A DNA stretch of 64,000 bases from Spirochaetaceae bacterium. Its GTDB lineage: Bacteria > Spirochaetota > Leptospiria > Leptospirales > Leptonemataceae. Below the pieces are notes generated by a model. It ran no database searches. It was not told the DNA's origin and worked only from the letters and a program-made list of their open reading frames with translations. Below are positions 10,004 through 18,494 of the stretch, piece by piece (the stretch's first letter is position 1; each line of letters begins with the position of its first letter). A program made the position numbers and the translations under genes. The DNA is taken from NCBI GenBank assembly GCA_002730875.1, contig PCBI01000005.1, positions 901,191 through 965,190 on the forward strand, in the 5' to 3' direction.

Positions 10004-11791
10004 TCATAGCCGGCGTTCGATGGGTGCTTGTTGGAGAAGTTCTGCAGCGGATTGCAGCGCATATACCTTGAGCGGCGCCTGTCGGCCACGTACGGACACC
10101 TCATGGCTGGAGAGCCCCTCTGTGCGGATTTCTGTCTGATCCAGCACATCCTCCGATACAACCAGATTGCAGTGTAATGCGCGGGTCATTCCTTCCAGAC
10201 GACTGGCGGTGTTCACCGGATCGCCTACAGCAGTTAAACCGATGGTGCGCCCATAACCCATTCGTCCTACAATCACATGACCGCAATGGATGCCAATACT
10301 CATCTGCAACGGTTCAATCAAGTCCATGGCCATACGATGATTCAAGGCCGCCATCTCCTGCTCCATGGATCCGGCCGCGCGAATTGCGGAAAGGCAGCCA
10401 GTGGAAAGGTCGCTGTGCAATCCAAACAGCGCCATGATTCCGTCACCAATGAACTTATCTACATGTCCTCCCTGCTGTTCGATGGCCCGACCCATCTGTT
10501 GAAAGTACTGGTTGAGCATGAAGACAATATCGTACGGCAGTTTGTTTTCGGAGAGTTGTGTGAATCCTCTGAGGTCTGCGAAAAGAATGGCGATGTCCGT
10601 GTCCCGGCCAAAGCTGAATTCGTCCGAACGAGTCAGAGTCATTTCCGAGGCATCCTGAATCCCCAGCAAAGGTTGAACTTCCACAGCCGCCAGTACGCTG
10701 GCCGAGCATGCCAGCCGTACGTTGGGCGCCGCGCGTATTCGGGAAAGGACCCTCTTTTCTTCTTCGGAGGGAGCGCTCAAATTTTCAGCCCCGTCAGATA
10801 CTCGGATCCTGCAGGTAGAGCAACGACCTCTTCCGCCACACACCGACGGATGGCGGACTCTAGCCAGAGCGCTGGCATTCAGAACCGTAATCCCCGGAGG
10901 CACCAGGATTTCGGTTCCATCGCTGTATCGGATCCGAATGGTCCTTCTTCTTCTGCTCACGGATTGAGTAATGAATCGGGCCGCCAGAGCAATGGCCAGA
11001 AACGCTGTGTAACCGGCGCTGGCCACATTCCCGAGTTGCAATGCCTCGCTCACCAGTTCCTCTTCGGTAGAGGCGCCGTGGGATTCCAGCAATGCCTGTT
11101 TGATCGCTGGATCCTGGATCTGGAGCATGACTTCTTTGCCGCCGGCTACAAAGCCCGCCACGGCCAGAACGGGCAGAGCAATGGCCGGACCAATCGCCCA
11201 TTTCCAGGCCGTAGAGTACCAGGACTTGAAGCGAAGCCAGTAATGGAGTCCCATGCATCCGTGACCCCAGGAAACCACAATCAGAAATACCATTACGGGA
11301 AAGATGAACGGATTGAACATGGAGTAGATCGAACTCGCATATTCGGGTCGGTATCCGAGAAGAACCGGCGTTAGATGGGAACCCAGATAGTGAGCGATTA
11401 GAGCATAGGGGATCAGAAATCCCAGAATTAACCTTAACCAGTAACCTCGACTGAATTGTAGTCGGGGAAGTCTTACCAGCTCATAAATGGCCGAGCATAC
11501 GTGCAATAGTGCGGCCAGAGGCACCACCCAGCCAACGCCAAACGGGTTCCATACCGGTTGCATCACTCTGAGGCCGGCATTCATCCAATCCAGAGAAAAC
11601 AAGCCCAGGGACGTGTTCAGCAGGTGCGTGAACAAATACGTCATCAGCACAAGTCCCGCATATAAGCGGATCCGTGAGTGTATCTCCTTCAGCCCGGATC
11701 CCTTGCTTTCGACCCTTTGTAGATGCATGAACCGGTTCTGAACCTGAACCCTGGGTTTGTCAACCCGCTGCTCGGCCGGGCGAGGGCACAA
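10004..11791 (-). CDS. Membrane-anchored class III adenylate/guanylate cyclase with 2Fe-2S ferredoxin-type domain
   Basis: About 6 N-terminal TM helices; 'CGGRGRCSTCRIRV...LACSASV' 2Fe-2S ferredoxin cysteine pattern; CYCc 'FADLRGFTQLSE', 'FIGDGIMALFG', 'GDPVNTASRLE'. Confidence 0.8.
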   Translation of the reverse strand: MCPRPAEQRVDKPRVQVQNRFMHLQRVESKGSGLKEIHSRIRLYAGLVLMTYLFTHLLNTSLGLFSLDWMNAGLRVMQPVWNPFGVGWVVPLAALLHVCSAIYELVRLPRLQFSRGYWLRLILGFLIPYALIAHYLGSHLTPVLLGYRPEYASSIYSMFNPFIFPVMVFLIVVSWGHGCMGLHYWLRFKSWYSTAWKWAIGPAIALPVLAVAGFVAGGKEVMLQIQDPAIKQALLESHGASTEEELVSEALQLGNVASAGYTAFLAIALAARFITQSVSRRRRTIRIRYSDGTEILVPPGITVLNASALARVRHPSVCGGRGRCSTCRIRVSDGAENLSAPSEEEKRVLSRIRAAPNVRLACSASVLAAVEVQPLLGIQDASEMTLTRSDEFSFGRDTDIAILFADLRGFTQLSENKLPYDIVFMLNQYFQQMGRAIEQQGGHVDKFIGDGIMALFGLHSDLSTGCLSAIRAAGSMEQEMAALNHRMAMDLIEPLQMSIGIHCGHVIVGRMGYGRTIGLTAVGDPVNTASRLEGMTRALHCNLVVSEDVLDQTEIRTEGLSSHEVSVRGRQAPLKVYALQSAAELLQQAPIERRL

Positions 11792-11865
11792 AAAAAGCCG
11801 CTGGGAGCGGCCTTCGTAGGGAGCCGAAATGCATCCGGCTTATGCTGTTTCTTCTATAGGAAATG

Positions 11866-11949
11866 TGGGCAGGGGAGGATTCGAACCTCCGTAGACTCGC
11901 GTCGGCAGATTTACAGTCTGCTGCCATTAACCACTCGGCCACCTACCCG
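11866..11949 (-). tRNA. tRNA-Tyr (anticodon GTA), type II long variable arm
   Basis: Reverse complement GGGTAGGTGGCCGAGTGGTTAATGGCAGCAGACTGTAAATCTGCCGACGCGAGTCTACGGAGGTTCGAATCCTCCCCTGCCCA folds as a cloverleaf; anticodon loop ACTGTAAAT. Confidence 0.85.
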
Positions 11950-11950
11950 A

Positions 11951-12027
11951 TGGTGCTGCCTGTAGGCCTCGAACCCACGACCTGCTGATTACAAGTCAGC
12001 TGCTCTACCAGACTGAGCTAAGGCAGC
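11951..12027 (-). tRNA. tRNA-Thr (anticodon TGT), CCA encoded
   Basis: Reverse complement GCTGCCTTAGCTCAGTCTGGTAGAGCAGCTGACTTGTAATCAGCAGGTCGTGGGTTCGAGGCCTACAGGCAGCACCA; acceptor stem pairs fully; anticodon loop CTTGTAA; 1 nt from tRNA-Tyr. Confidence 0.85.
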
Positions 12028-12195
12028 GCTCGCAAGCACGGTCCCGGAAGGGCCCCCCTGAGTCAAGCAAAGTAAAGCGATTGTGTCCCTGGGCCGGGCT
12101 CATATTTTGGGATTCTGTGCCCGCAGCAAGCGGAACCCGGGCCCTGACAGCCATTTCAAGCATTTGCAGTGGCTGATCGGAGCGTGAGCTGATCT

Positions 12196-12867
12196 ATGAG
12201 TATTGTAGATAATTGTAAGTCATTCTATGAACGCGCCAAAGTGGAAAACTCGCTGCGCTTCAAAATATCCGCCTCCAGTCTGGTGATCATTTTTCTTGGA
12301 AGCGCGGTGTTGGCCGATGCCAATCCTCTCAAGCTTTTGATACCCGGTACTCTGTATCCATTTCCCGCCTATGATGCACGGGACTCGGTGAAGATTTATG
12401 CTACCGAGAAAGAAACCGGCAAACTCATCCAGGTGGAAGAACCAATTCTCATGGATGGAACAGCAGTGGATCGGATCCATCGACTGGCGGCGGCTGTGGC
12501 CAGTCCCTCGGCCGGTTCTGTGCGAAACTTCAAAGAACTTGTGTATGCCGTCCCCTATCCGGCGTTTAATCTTTCGATTCAGAGAGTTTGGATCCAGGAC
12601 GGAAAGCTCGTGCTCGCCCTGGACGGGGAGAGTTTGCGTCACGAACTCAAGGCCCGCTTCAAAGATGAGAGGCTGGAGGATAACTCCGAACCCGCGGCTC
12701 TGCTGGATGGCTACTTTCGCTGCCTTACATTAACGCTGGCGGAAGCGGAGCTGGGCACAGAAAAGCCTATCCAATTCATTAGCTACAGTCTGCAAAACGA
12801 AGAAGCTCTCGGTGAATACAAAGAGTTTCTGAAATTCTCCTTCGAAGCCAGATATTCGACGAAATGA
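12196..12867 (+). CDS. Hypothetical protein with N-terminal hydrophobic segment
   Basis: 223-aa ORF upstream of cdd on the same strand; no recognisable domain; the overlapping antisense ORF 12220..12642 is judged less likely. Confidence 0.4.
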   Translation: MSIVDNCKSFYERAKVENSLRFKISASSLVIIFLGSAVLADANPLKLLIPGTLYPFPAYDARDSVKIYATEKETGKLIQVEEPILMDGTAVDRIHRLAAAVASPSAGSVRNFKELVYAVPYPAFNLSIQRVWIQDGKLVLALDGESLRHELKARFKDERLEDNSEPAALLDGYFRCLTLTLAEAELGTEKPIQFISYSLQNEEALGEYKEFLKFSFEARYSTK

Positions 12868-12939
12868 TTTGAAGCAGGCTCGATTTCTCTTTCCTGCCGC
12901 GAATTTCTCGTCCTCCGGAGCCCGCGGCAAACGCATCTA

Positions 12940-13314
12940 ATGGATTCCTTAATTCAAACAGCGCAAAACCTGGCCGGCGAATTTGCTCTCGCTCGCCCTT
13001 CCTTCACCGCCGGCGCCGTGGGAGCCGCGCTTAAATCGGCCAGCGGGAAGGTCTACACGGGTATTTGCGTAGAGCTTGCCTGCGGCATCGGCTTTTGCGC
13101 CGAACATGCTGCCATGGCGGAGATGCTAAAGATGCGGGAAACAGTGATCGATACAATCGTGGCCTGCAAGGTGGACGAAATCGTCGCTCCCTGCGGTCGA
13201 TGCCGGGAAATGATGTACCAGGTGGATGCTCGAAATAGGAGTGCGAAAATCATCCTGACTGAGAATCGGATCGTTACCCTGGATGAGCTTCTGCCGGAGC
13301 ACTGGAAGATATAG
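12940..13314 (+). CDS. cdd: Cytidine deaminase (homotetrameric type)
   Basis: 'CAEHAA' (H[AC]E) and 'PCGRCRE' zinc-ligand motifs; 124 aa. Confidence 0.85.
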   Translation: MDSLIQTAQNLAGEFALARPSFTAGAVGAALKSASGKVYTGICVELACGIGFCAEHAAMAEMLKMRETVIDTIVACKVDEIVAPCGRCREMMYQVDARNRSAKIILTENRIVTLDELLPEHWKI

Positions 13315-13521
13315 GCAATGCTGGCCTATCCCTGGAGCTGGGATTTCTAAGCGATAACGGAAACTACATACGGCTCGAAGATACCGGGCCAGGGCAGGAA
13401 TCTCCACAAGGGCCTTCCCGCGTTGCTCCGTGGTCGTATTGCAAGCTCGCCCGGCTTCCGCAAATAAAGTCAAAAACGACGAAGAGACCCGAGCCCGGAT
13501 CTCTCCGCCAGGAGTGAATGT

Positions 13522-14706
13522 TTATGGCAAGCTGCTTAGCTGTCGCAATCGTTCCCGCTTTTCGGGCGAGTCGTACGGATCATCGGGAAATTCCGAAGCC
13601 GCATACTTGCGGGTTTCATGGCGGGCCGCGGAATATGGAATAAGCATTCGCTTGGGTCGATCCTCGCGAACGTTCTTCAAGAATCGCTCAACCTCGGCAG
13701 GCGATTGGGCCAGAATCTCCGGCTGGATCACATCGGTATTCAGATAACCTCGAAGATCCTTCAGTTCAAAGGGACCGTCAATTTCTCGGTCATGGAGCAC
13801 CTTGCCGAAGAATTCAAGCTCGACGAACTGCAGACCTGGATCCAGTTTCGCATCTTCCCTGGCATAAGCGATAGGTTGCTCGTCGCCAAAAAGATTGGCT
13901 TCAATCGTATAGTTGCCGGGTTTCATTACTTCCAGTTCAGCCGAAATGAACAACGAACCATCTCTGTATGTTTCGTTGAACCTGCCTGTGAAGCGAGCCG
14001 GAGCTACCGGCGAAGAAAAGAAGTGCGTGGACAGAGAAAGCTCGGTGCTGCGGTTCCCGTCGAGCACCGCAAAGTTAATGGTTACGTGAATGTCCCCCCA
14101 ATCCTGCTTTTTGGGCGAAAAGCTGAAAGTATGGATGCCATCGCCTGCATTCGGGTCTCCATTTGTGCCATCATCAAACGGACCCAGAATCTCCTCCGGC
14201 GAGAATTTCTTTACGCCGGCGCGGCCTACGGTCTTTATTTCTACAAGTTTGATGGGCAACGGAGTAATGGAGCCCTTGCCGGTGCAGGCCAGGAATAGTT
14301 GCATCTTTTCGCCTTCCGTTACGCTGTGCGTAGCCGGCTGCAAAAGGCACTGATAGCCCGAGTCCTGCGGCTTTCCGTCTTGCATCACCGGCATGGTCTG
14401 CAGGGCCACAGGTATTTCCCTGTGACGAATCACATCCCTGTGTTCCGGCAGCAAGGGCCTGGAATCTGGCGGATACTTTGACCACTCTTTGTAATTTTTT
14501 ATTAGATCTTCTTTCTTAACGGAGCCATCGAATAACAATTCGGACTGATTTCCCAGAGGACCTGGAGCCCGACTGAGTATTCGACTGTCTTGACTGTCGC
14601 TTTCTTCCAGCTCGTACCCAACGTGCACGTTTTCTGTTTGTAACAGTATGATGGCGGTGGCTACAAGACCGATGATTACTGCGATGATTACATAGTATTT
14701 CTTCAT
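13522..14706 (-). CDS. Hypothetical membrane-anchored or secreted protein
   Basis: 'MKKYYVIIAVIIGLVATAIILL' anchor; 394 aa with no recognised catalytic motif; own intergenic region separate from the upstream lipase terminator. Confidence 0.55.
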   Translation of the reverse strand: MKKYYVIIAVIIGLVATAIILLQTENVHVGYELEESDSQDSRILSRAPGPLGNQSELLFDGSVKKEDLIKNYKEWSKYPPDSRPLLPEHRDVIRHREIPVALQTMPVMQDGKPQDSGYQCLLQPATHSVTEGEKMQLFLACTGKGSITPLPIKLVEIKTVGRAGVKKFSPEEILGPFDDGTNGDPNAGDGIHTFSFSPKKQDWGDIHVTINFAVLDGNRSTELSLSTHFFSSPVAPARFTGRFNETYRDGSLFISAELEVMKPGNYTIEANLFGDEQPIAYAREDAKLDPGLQFVELEFFGKVLHDREIDGPFELKDLRGYLNTDVIQPEILAQSPAEVERFLKNVREDRPKRMLIPYSAARHETRKYAASEFPDDPYDSPEKRERLRQLSSLP

Positions 14707-14741
14707 GGTGAATCTCCAATGCCGATAATCGTCGGCTTAGA

Positions 14742-14770
14742 ATGAAAAATGGCGGGGGATAATCCCCCGC
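14742..14770 (-). terminator. Rho-independent terminator candidate after the lipase gene
   Basis: Hairpin GCGGGGGAT-AAT-CCCCCGC at 14752-14770, followed on the minus strand by a U-tract (plus-strand 'gaaaaat' at 14741-14751). Confidence 0.4.
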
Positions 14771-14781
14771 GCATGCCAGGC

Positions 14782-15645
14782 CTAATCCAACAGGATGTAG
14801 GTGGGGTCGTTATGAGGTTCAGTGTGACGCATGGGAATTCCACCGTTGGGAACAGAAGGATGCATCACGTGTCCATCCCAGGGGGTAATCAGCTGCTTTC
14901 GCTGCCAGAAGCACCAGTTACACTGACGGATCTTTTCGCCCATGCACTGGCTAAAGGCGCCAGTGGTTCGATAACCGCAGGCGCTGTGGAAGGCCACCAG
15001 GGTATCGTCCTCCCCAGGAAGGAATGGCTCGGCAATCCAGATGGATTTATTCGCGGCTACGTGGTAGAACACCGTACCATTTGTTCGGTTATGATCGAAC
15101 AGTCCCCGGGCATTGCTTGTAACCAGGGCTTGAATCGCATCGTGGTTTTCCACCAGGTTATCCGTAAGTTGATTATCCTGCAGACCGAACACAAACTTCA
15201 AGATTTCGATGGCGGTGTCGCCCAGGTTGGCGATTTCCGATCCGCCCTCAGCCGAAACAATCTGAGTTGTGTACAGAACGTTGTAGAGTCCTGTGCGATT
15301 GTACATTGCCAGGGTTCCCGCTGTAGTGAATCCACCCAGGGATTCAGCCACGATTCGGCAGGTCTGTCCCTGATCCTTTCGGCAGTACTTGTTCAGTAGC
15401 TCGAGCAGGCGAACGCTGCCGGCTGTGGGAACGGCCACAAAGGGATTTCTGCGTCCATCGTATCCCGCAAGTGTGTAGTCATCCACCGGAAGGTTTTGCC
15501 AGTAGCCATTACAGGAACCGGTTGTATCCTGGCATTCTTCGTTGGATTCAATCAAGCTCATCCCGTGGACGAAGATTACCTTTTCCGCATGCACTCCGCT
15601 GACGCTCATGCAAATGGCGGCCAGCATTAGTATTATCTTTTTCAT
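14782..15645 (-). CDS. Secreted alpha/beta hydrolase, lipase family
   Basis: Signal peptide 'MKKIILMLAAICMSVSGVHA'; 'VIFVHGM' oxyanion region; 'AESLGG' nucleophile elbow; RBS GGAGAAA before the ATG. Confidence 0.75.
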   Translation of the reverse strand: MKKIILMLAAICMSVSGVHAEKVIFVHGMSLIESNEECQDTTGSCNGYWQNLPVDDYTLAGYDGRRNPFVAVPTAGSVRLLELLNKYCRKDQGQTCRIVAESLGGFTTAGTLAMYNRTGLYNVLYTTQIVSAEGGSEIANLGDTAIEILKFVFGLQDNQLTDNLVENHDAIQALVTSNARGLFDHNRTNGTVFYHVAANKSIWIAEPFLPGEDDTLVAFHSACGYRTTGAFSQCMGEKIRQCNWCFWQRKQLITPWDGHVMHPSVPNGGIPMRHTEPHNDPTYILLD

Positions 15646-15697
15646 TTTCTCCTCTCATCGTTTGCCCCGAACTTCGTCGGGCGTTTCCGAGAGCATT

Positions 15698-15712
15698 TCA
15701 AGAATCGTGCCA
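15698..15712 (-). promoter_or_regulatory. Sigma-54 (-24/-12)-like promoter candidate upstream of the lipase gene
   Basis: Minus-strand TGGCACGATTCTTGA matches TGGCACG-N4-TTGCW with exact spacing, except -12 'GA' instead of 'GC'; about 50 nt upstream of the lipase ATG and immediately downstream of the bEBP gene. Confidence 0.3.
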
Positions 15713-15970
15713 CCCCGGCAATGCCGCGGTTTTGGCCCCGGCCGCCCGTGCTGGACAGATTGGCGCTGCGGAAGGAAAAACAGCCAGATAGGCACCGTTT
15801 CCGCCAGGCAGGGCGCACAGGGCCATTAAGGCCCATTAAGGCGCTTTTACTGGCGATTGATTTCTGATGGTCGGGACCGGATTCTGCGAGTTCTCAGGTC
15901 GTTTCAGCCTGGGTAGCAGATCAGAATTAACGAAATGGCTGCCTCGAAAGAGTGAATGGTAGACGAACCG

Positions 15971-16020
15971 GCCAGATCTGGCCGGTGGAAAATGGCCAGG
16001 TGGCCGGATCTGGCCACCTG
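15971..16020 (-). terminator. Two adjacent perfect palindromes, CCGGCCAGATCTGGCCGG and CAGGTGGCCGGATCTGGCCACCTG, just 3' of the bEBP gene; candidate terminator and/or protein-binding site
   Basis: Exact inverted repeats read directly; on the minus strand the second palindrome is followed by GCCAUUUUCC. Confidence 0.35.
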
Positions 16021-16028
16021 TTTCGGTC

Positions 16029-18494
16029 TCAGTTGTCCAAACCCAGTTCTTTCATTCTATTTCTCAGGGTACTTCGTTTGAGTCCCAGGATTTCTGCGGC
16101 TCTGGTCTTGTTTCCTCCGGATAAGCTCAGGGCCCTCTTGACCATGGCCCGACCGTAATCTCGAATTTCCCGGTCATAGGGAATGTTTACGCTGTCCGGT
16201 CCGGTAGATTCCCCGGAATCCCGGACCATGCCCTCATCTTTGCGGCTATCAGTCCGGGAACCGATGCCCCCTGGTCGAGGCAATACCCGGCTTCTATCTG
16301 AATCAGAGAGTAGATGCAAAAACTGCGAAGGGGCCAGGCTTTCACTTTCGTTTAGAACGATGGTCCGTATTAGCAGGTTTTCCAGTTCGCGAATGTTTCC
16401 GGGCCAGGAGTAGCTCATTAAAGCCCGTAGAGAGTCTGCCGGGATTTCAGGTGGTGAGATCTTATGCTCGCTGCAGATTCGGTCTACGAGATAATGCACG
16501 AGACCGGGGATATCTTCTGGTCTTTCCCGCAGAGGAGGCAACTGCAAAGTGAATACATTTATTCGGTAGAGCAGATCCTGCCTGAAGCTGCCTTCTTTTA
16601 TCATGCTATCCAGATCGCGGTTCGTGGCGAACAAGAATCGACAGCGCGCTTCCACAGTGCCTTCGGCTCCCAGGGGACTGAAAACCCTCTCTTGAAGGAC
16701 TCGCAATAGTTTGGCCTGCATGTTCAGCGGCATTTCGCCGATCTCATCCAGAAAAAGCACTCCGCCGGCCGCTTCGGCAATGCGGCCGGTGCGCTCCGAA
16801 CGTGCATCGGTAAAGGCCCCGCGTCTATGCCCAAACAACTCCGATTCCCACAGAGTTTCCGGAATGGCCGCACAGTTCACGGCTACAAACGGGCCGCCGG
16901 AAGAGCTACCGATAAGCCGGGCCACCAGCTCCTTTCCTGTACCCGTTTCTCCGTGAATCAGCACGGATTGGTTTACCGGTTGCAGCTTGCGAATCTGGTC
17001 GATCACTCGTCGCATGGCGACGCTGCGAATTACCATGTTCCGACCGCCGCCAGTGGGTATTAGATCTGGCTCGGTGCGAACTACCCTTTCCAGTTCTTCT
17101 AAATGAACGGAAAAATCAGGTAATTCCTTTCTGGCCGTGCGAAGCATGTCAGTCATATCTTCAAATGCCGCCCGCAGCTTCAGGATTTCATCGCCTTCCT
17201 GCCTGCCATCGCTTTTCTGGCCGCGTAGCTTGCCCATGTCTTCCAGCAGCCGATGTATTGGTCTAATAATACTTCCGCGAAAGAGCACAGGAAAAAGAAG
17301 TAGCGTTAACCCGGAAGCTGCCAGAAGCAGAACGGCATGGATCATGGCAGAATCGTGCAATTCCTGGCGAAATGAAGAGTACGGAAATCCCACAAGATAA
17401 GAGCGACCTGCATGGTTGAATGTCGCGCCAGCAAAGGCTTTTCTGTCGTAGAGGCCATACTGGATCCAGGGGTCTGAATGCCCTGGCTCCAAAGCCTTAC
17501 TTTCGAGGCGCTTTTCCTGCGAACCGTCTTGATCGAAGTGGCTCTCTTCCAACATTTCATCAAACTGAACAGGCTGCAAAAACAGAATGTCGGAGTTTGC
17601 TTCCCCTCTGGCCAGCGCCAGCTTCCCGATCAGGATGGATTTTTGTCTGAAGGATTCCATGAACCATCGATCGCTCTGAACCGATGCGAAACTCAGCAAT
17701 CCCAGGACCGTGACGAAGGTAATCCCTATTAATCGATGCATGAAGCCGGTACGTGCGGTGGCCGCGGAGGAATAGACTACTACATAGATACCGAAAATAA
17801 GCAGCATGACGGCATTCATTGTGAATGCCAGGCCTGCATTATCCAGAAGGCTGGCCCGACTCATCAGGTATACGGTGTTCACTCCCAGTTCCACGGATGT
17901 TACGAAGACCAGGAATACGGAAGCACGAAGGCGGGCATCGCTCTGCCACGCCGACTTCAGGCTGGCCAGACTACTCGACTGCGTTGCTTTTCGATGCTGC
18001 TGTATGAAATGAAGGGCCGATCGCAGGGCTACCAGGATACTCCCCAGGAAACAAAGAAAGCTTACAAGGGGGACCCAGAGTGAGCTGTAGGAGGATCCGT
18101 AGGTGTGGACTCCAAAGACGGGTCCGAAATCCGTGCCTGCGCGGACCAGATACTCCATGGTGGCAGCCGTGGCGGCCAAACCGCTAATGTAGAGCACTGG
18201 TTTTCGCTCTCTTTCAAAAGGAGAATCCGGAAAGACATAGGCGAATTGTAGTCTGGCCACTCCGGCGAAGGCAATGATGCAGGCGAAGTACCAGGAATAA
18301 CCGGCATACGGGCTGTTCCAGCAGTAACCTACAAAATAGCTTAGATTGAATGCGGTCAAACAGCTGAAGTAGATAGCGAGCCACAGGCTGCTAAGCTCGC
18401 CCCTGGACCGATACCAGAGGTAAGCGCTAATGGCGGAGGTGAGAAGTAGCGGCCCCAGGCGTCCTATGGCAAAATAGGTGAGCTGAATCTCCAC
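16029..18494 (-). CDS. Sigma-54-dependent transcriptional activator (bEBP) with N-terminal 7TMR-DISM-type 7-TM domain and C-terminal Fis-type HTH
   Basis: Seven N-terminal TM helices; AAA+ 'VLIHGETGTGKELVA'; 'GAFTDA' variant of GAFTGA; 'FRQDLLYRINVFTLQLPPLRERPEDI'; HTH 'GNKTRAAEILGLKRSTLRNRMKEL'. GTG start overlaps the upstream stop (TAGTG). Confidence 0.85.
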   Translation of the reverse strand: MEIQLTYFAIGRLGPLLLTSAISAYLWYRSRGELSSLWLAIYFSCLTAFNLSYFVGYCWNSPYAGYSWYFACIIAFAGVARLQFAYVFPDSPFERERKPVLYISGLAATAATMEYLVRAGTDFGPVFGVHTYGSSYSSLWVPLVSFLCFLGSILVALRSALHFIQQHRKATQSSSLASLKSAWQSDARLRASVFLVFVTSVELGVNTVYLMSRASLLDNAGLAFTMNAVMLLIFGIYVVVYSSAATARTGFMHRLIGITFVTVLGLLSFASVQSDRWFMESFRQKSILIGKLALARGEANSDILFLQPVQFDEMLEESHFDQDGSQEKRLESKALEPGHSDPWIQYGLYDRKAFAGATFNHAGRSYLVGFPYSSFRQELHDSAMIHAVLLLAASGLTLLLFPVLFRGSIIRPIHRLLEDMGKLRGQKSDGRQEGDEILKLRAAFEDMTDMLRTARKELPDFSVHLEELERVVRTEPDLIPTGGGRNMVIRSVAMRRVIDQIRKLQPVNQSVLIHGETGTGKELVARLIGSSSGGPFVAVNCAAIPETLWESELFGHRRGAFTDARSERTGRIAEAAGGVLFLDEIGEMPLNMQAKLLRVLQERVFSPLGAEGTVEARCRFLFATNRDLDSMIKEGSFRQDLLYRINVFTLQLPPLRERPEDIPGLVHYLVDRICSEHKISPPEIPADSLRALMSYSWPGNIRELENLLIRTIVLNESESLAPSQFLHLLSDSDRSRVLPRPGGIGSRTDSRKDEGMVRDSGESTGPDSVNIPYDREIRDYGRAMVKRALSLSGGNKTRAAEILGLKRSTLRNRMKELGLDN

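Noticed and set aside
10277-11374. 365-aa plus-strand ORF
   Set aside because: Fully antisense to the well-supported adenylate cyclase gene; the composition is Arg/Gly/Ala-rich with no motifs, typical of a spurious high-GC antisense frame.
13618-15399. Plus-strand ORFs 13618..14298 and 14749..15399
   Set aside because: Antisense to the minus-strand hypothetical gene and to the lipase gene, which has a signal peptide, RBS and catalytic motifs; no motifs of their own.
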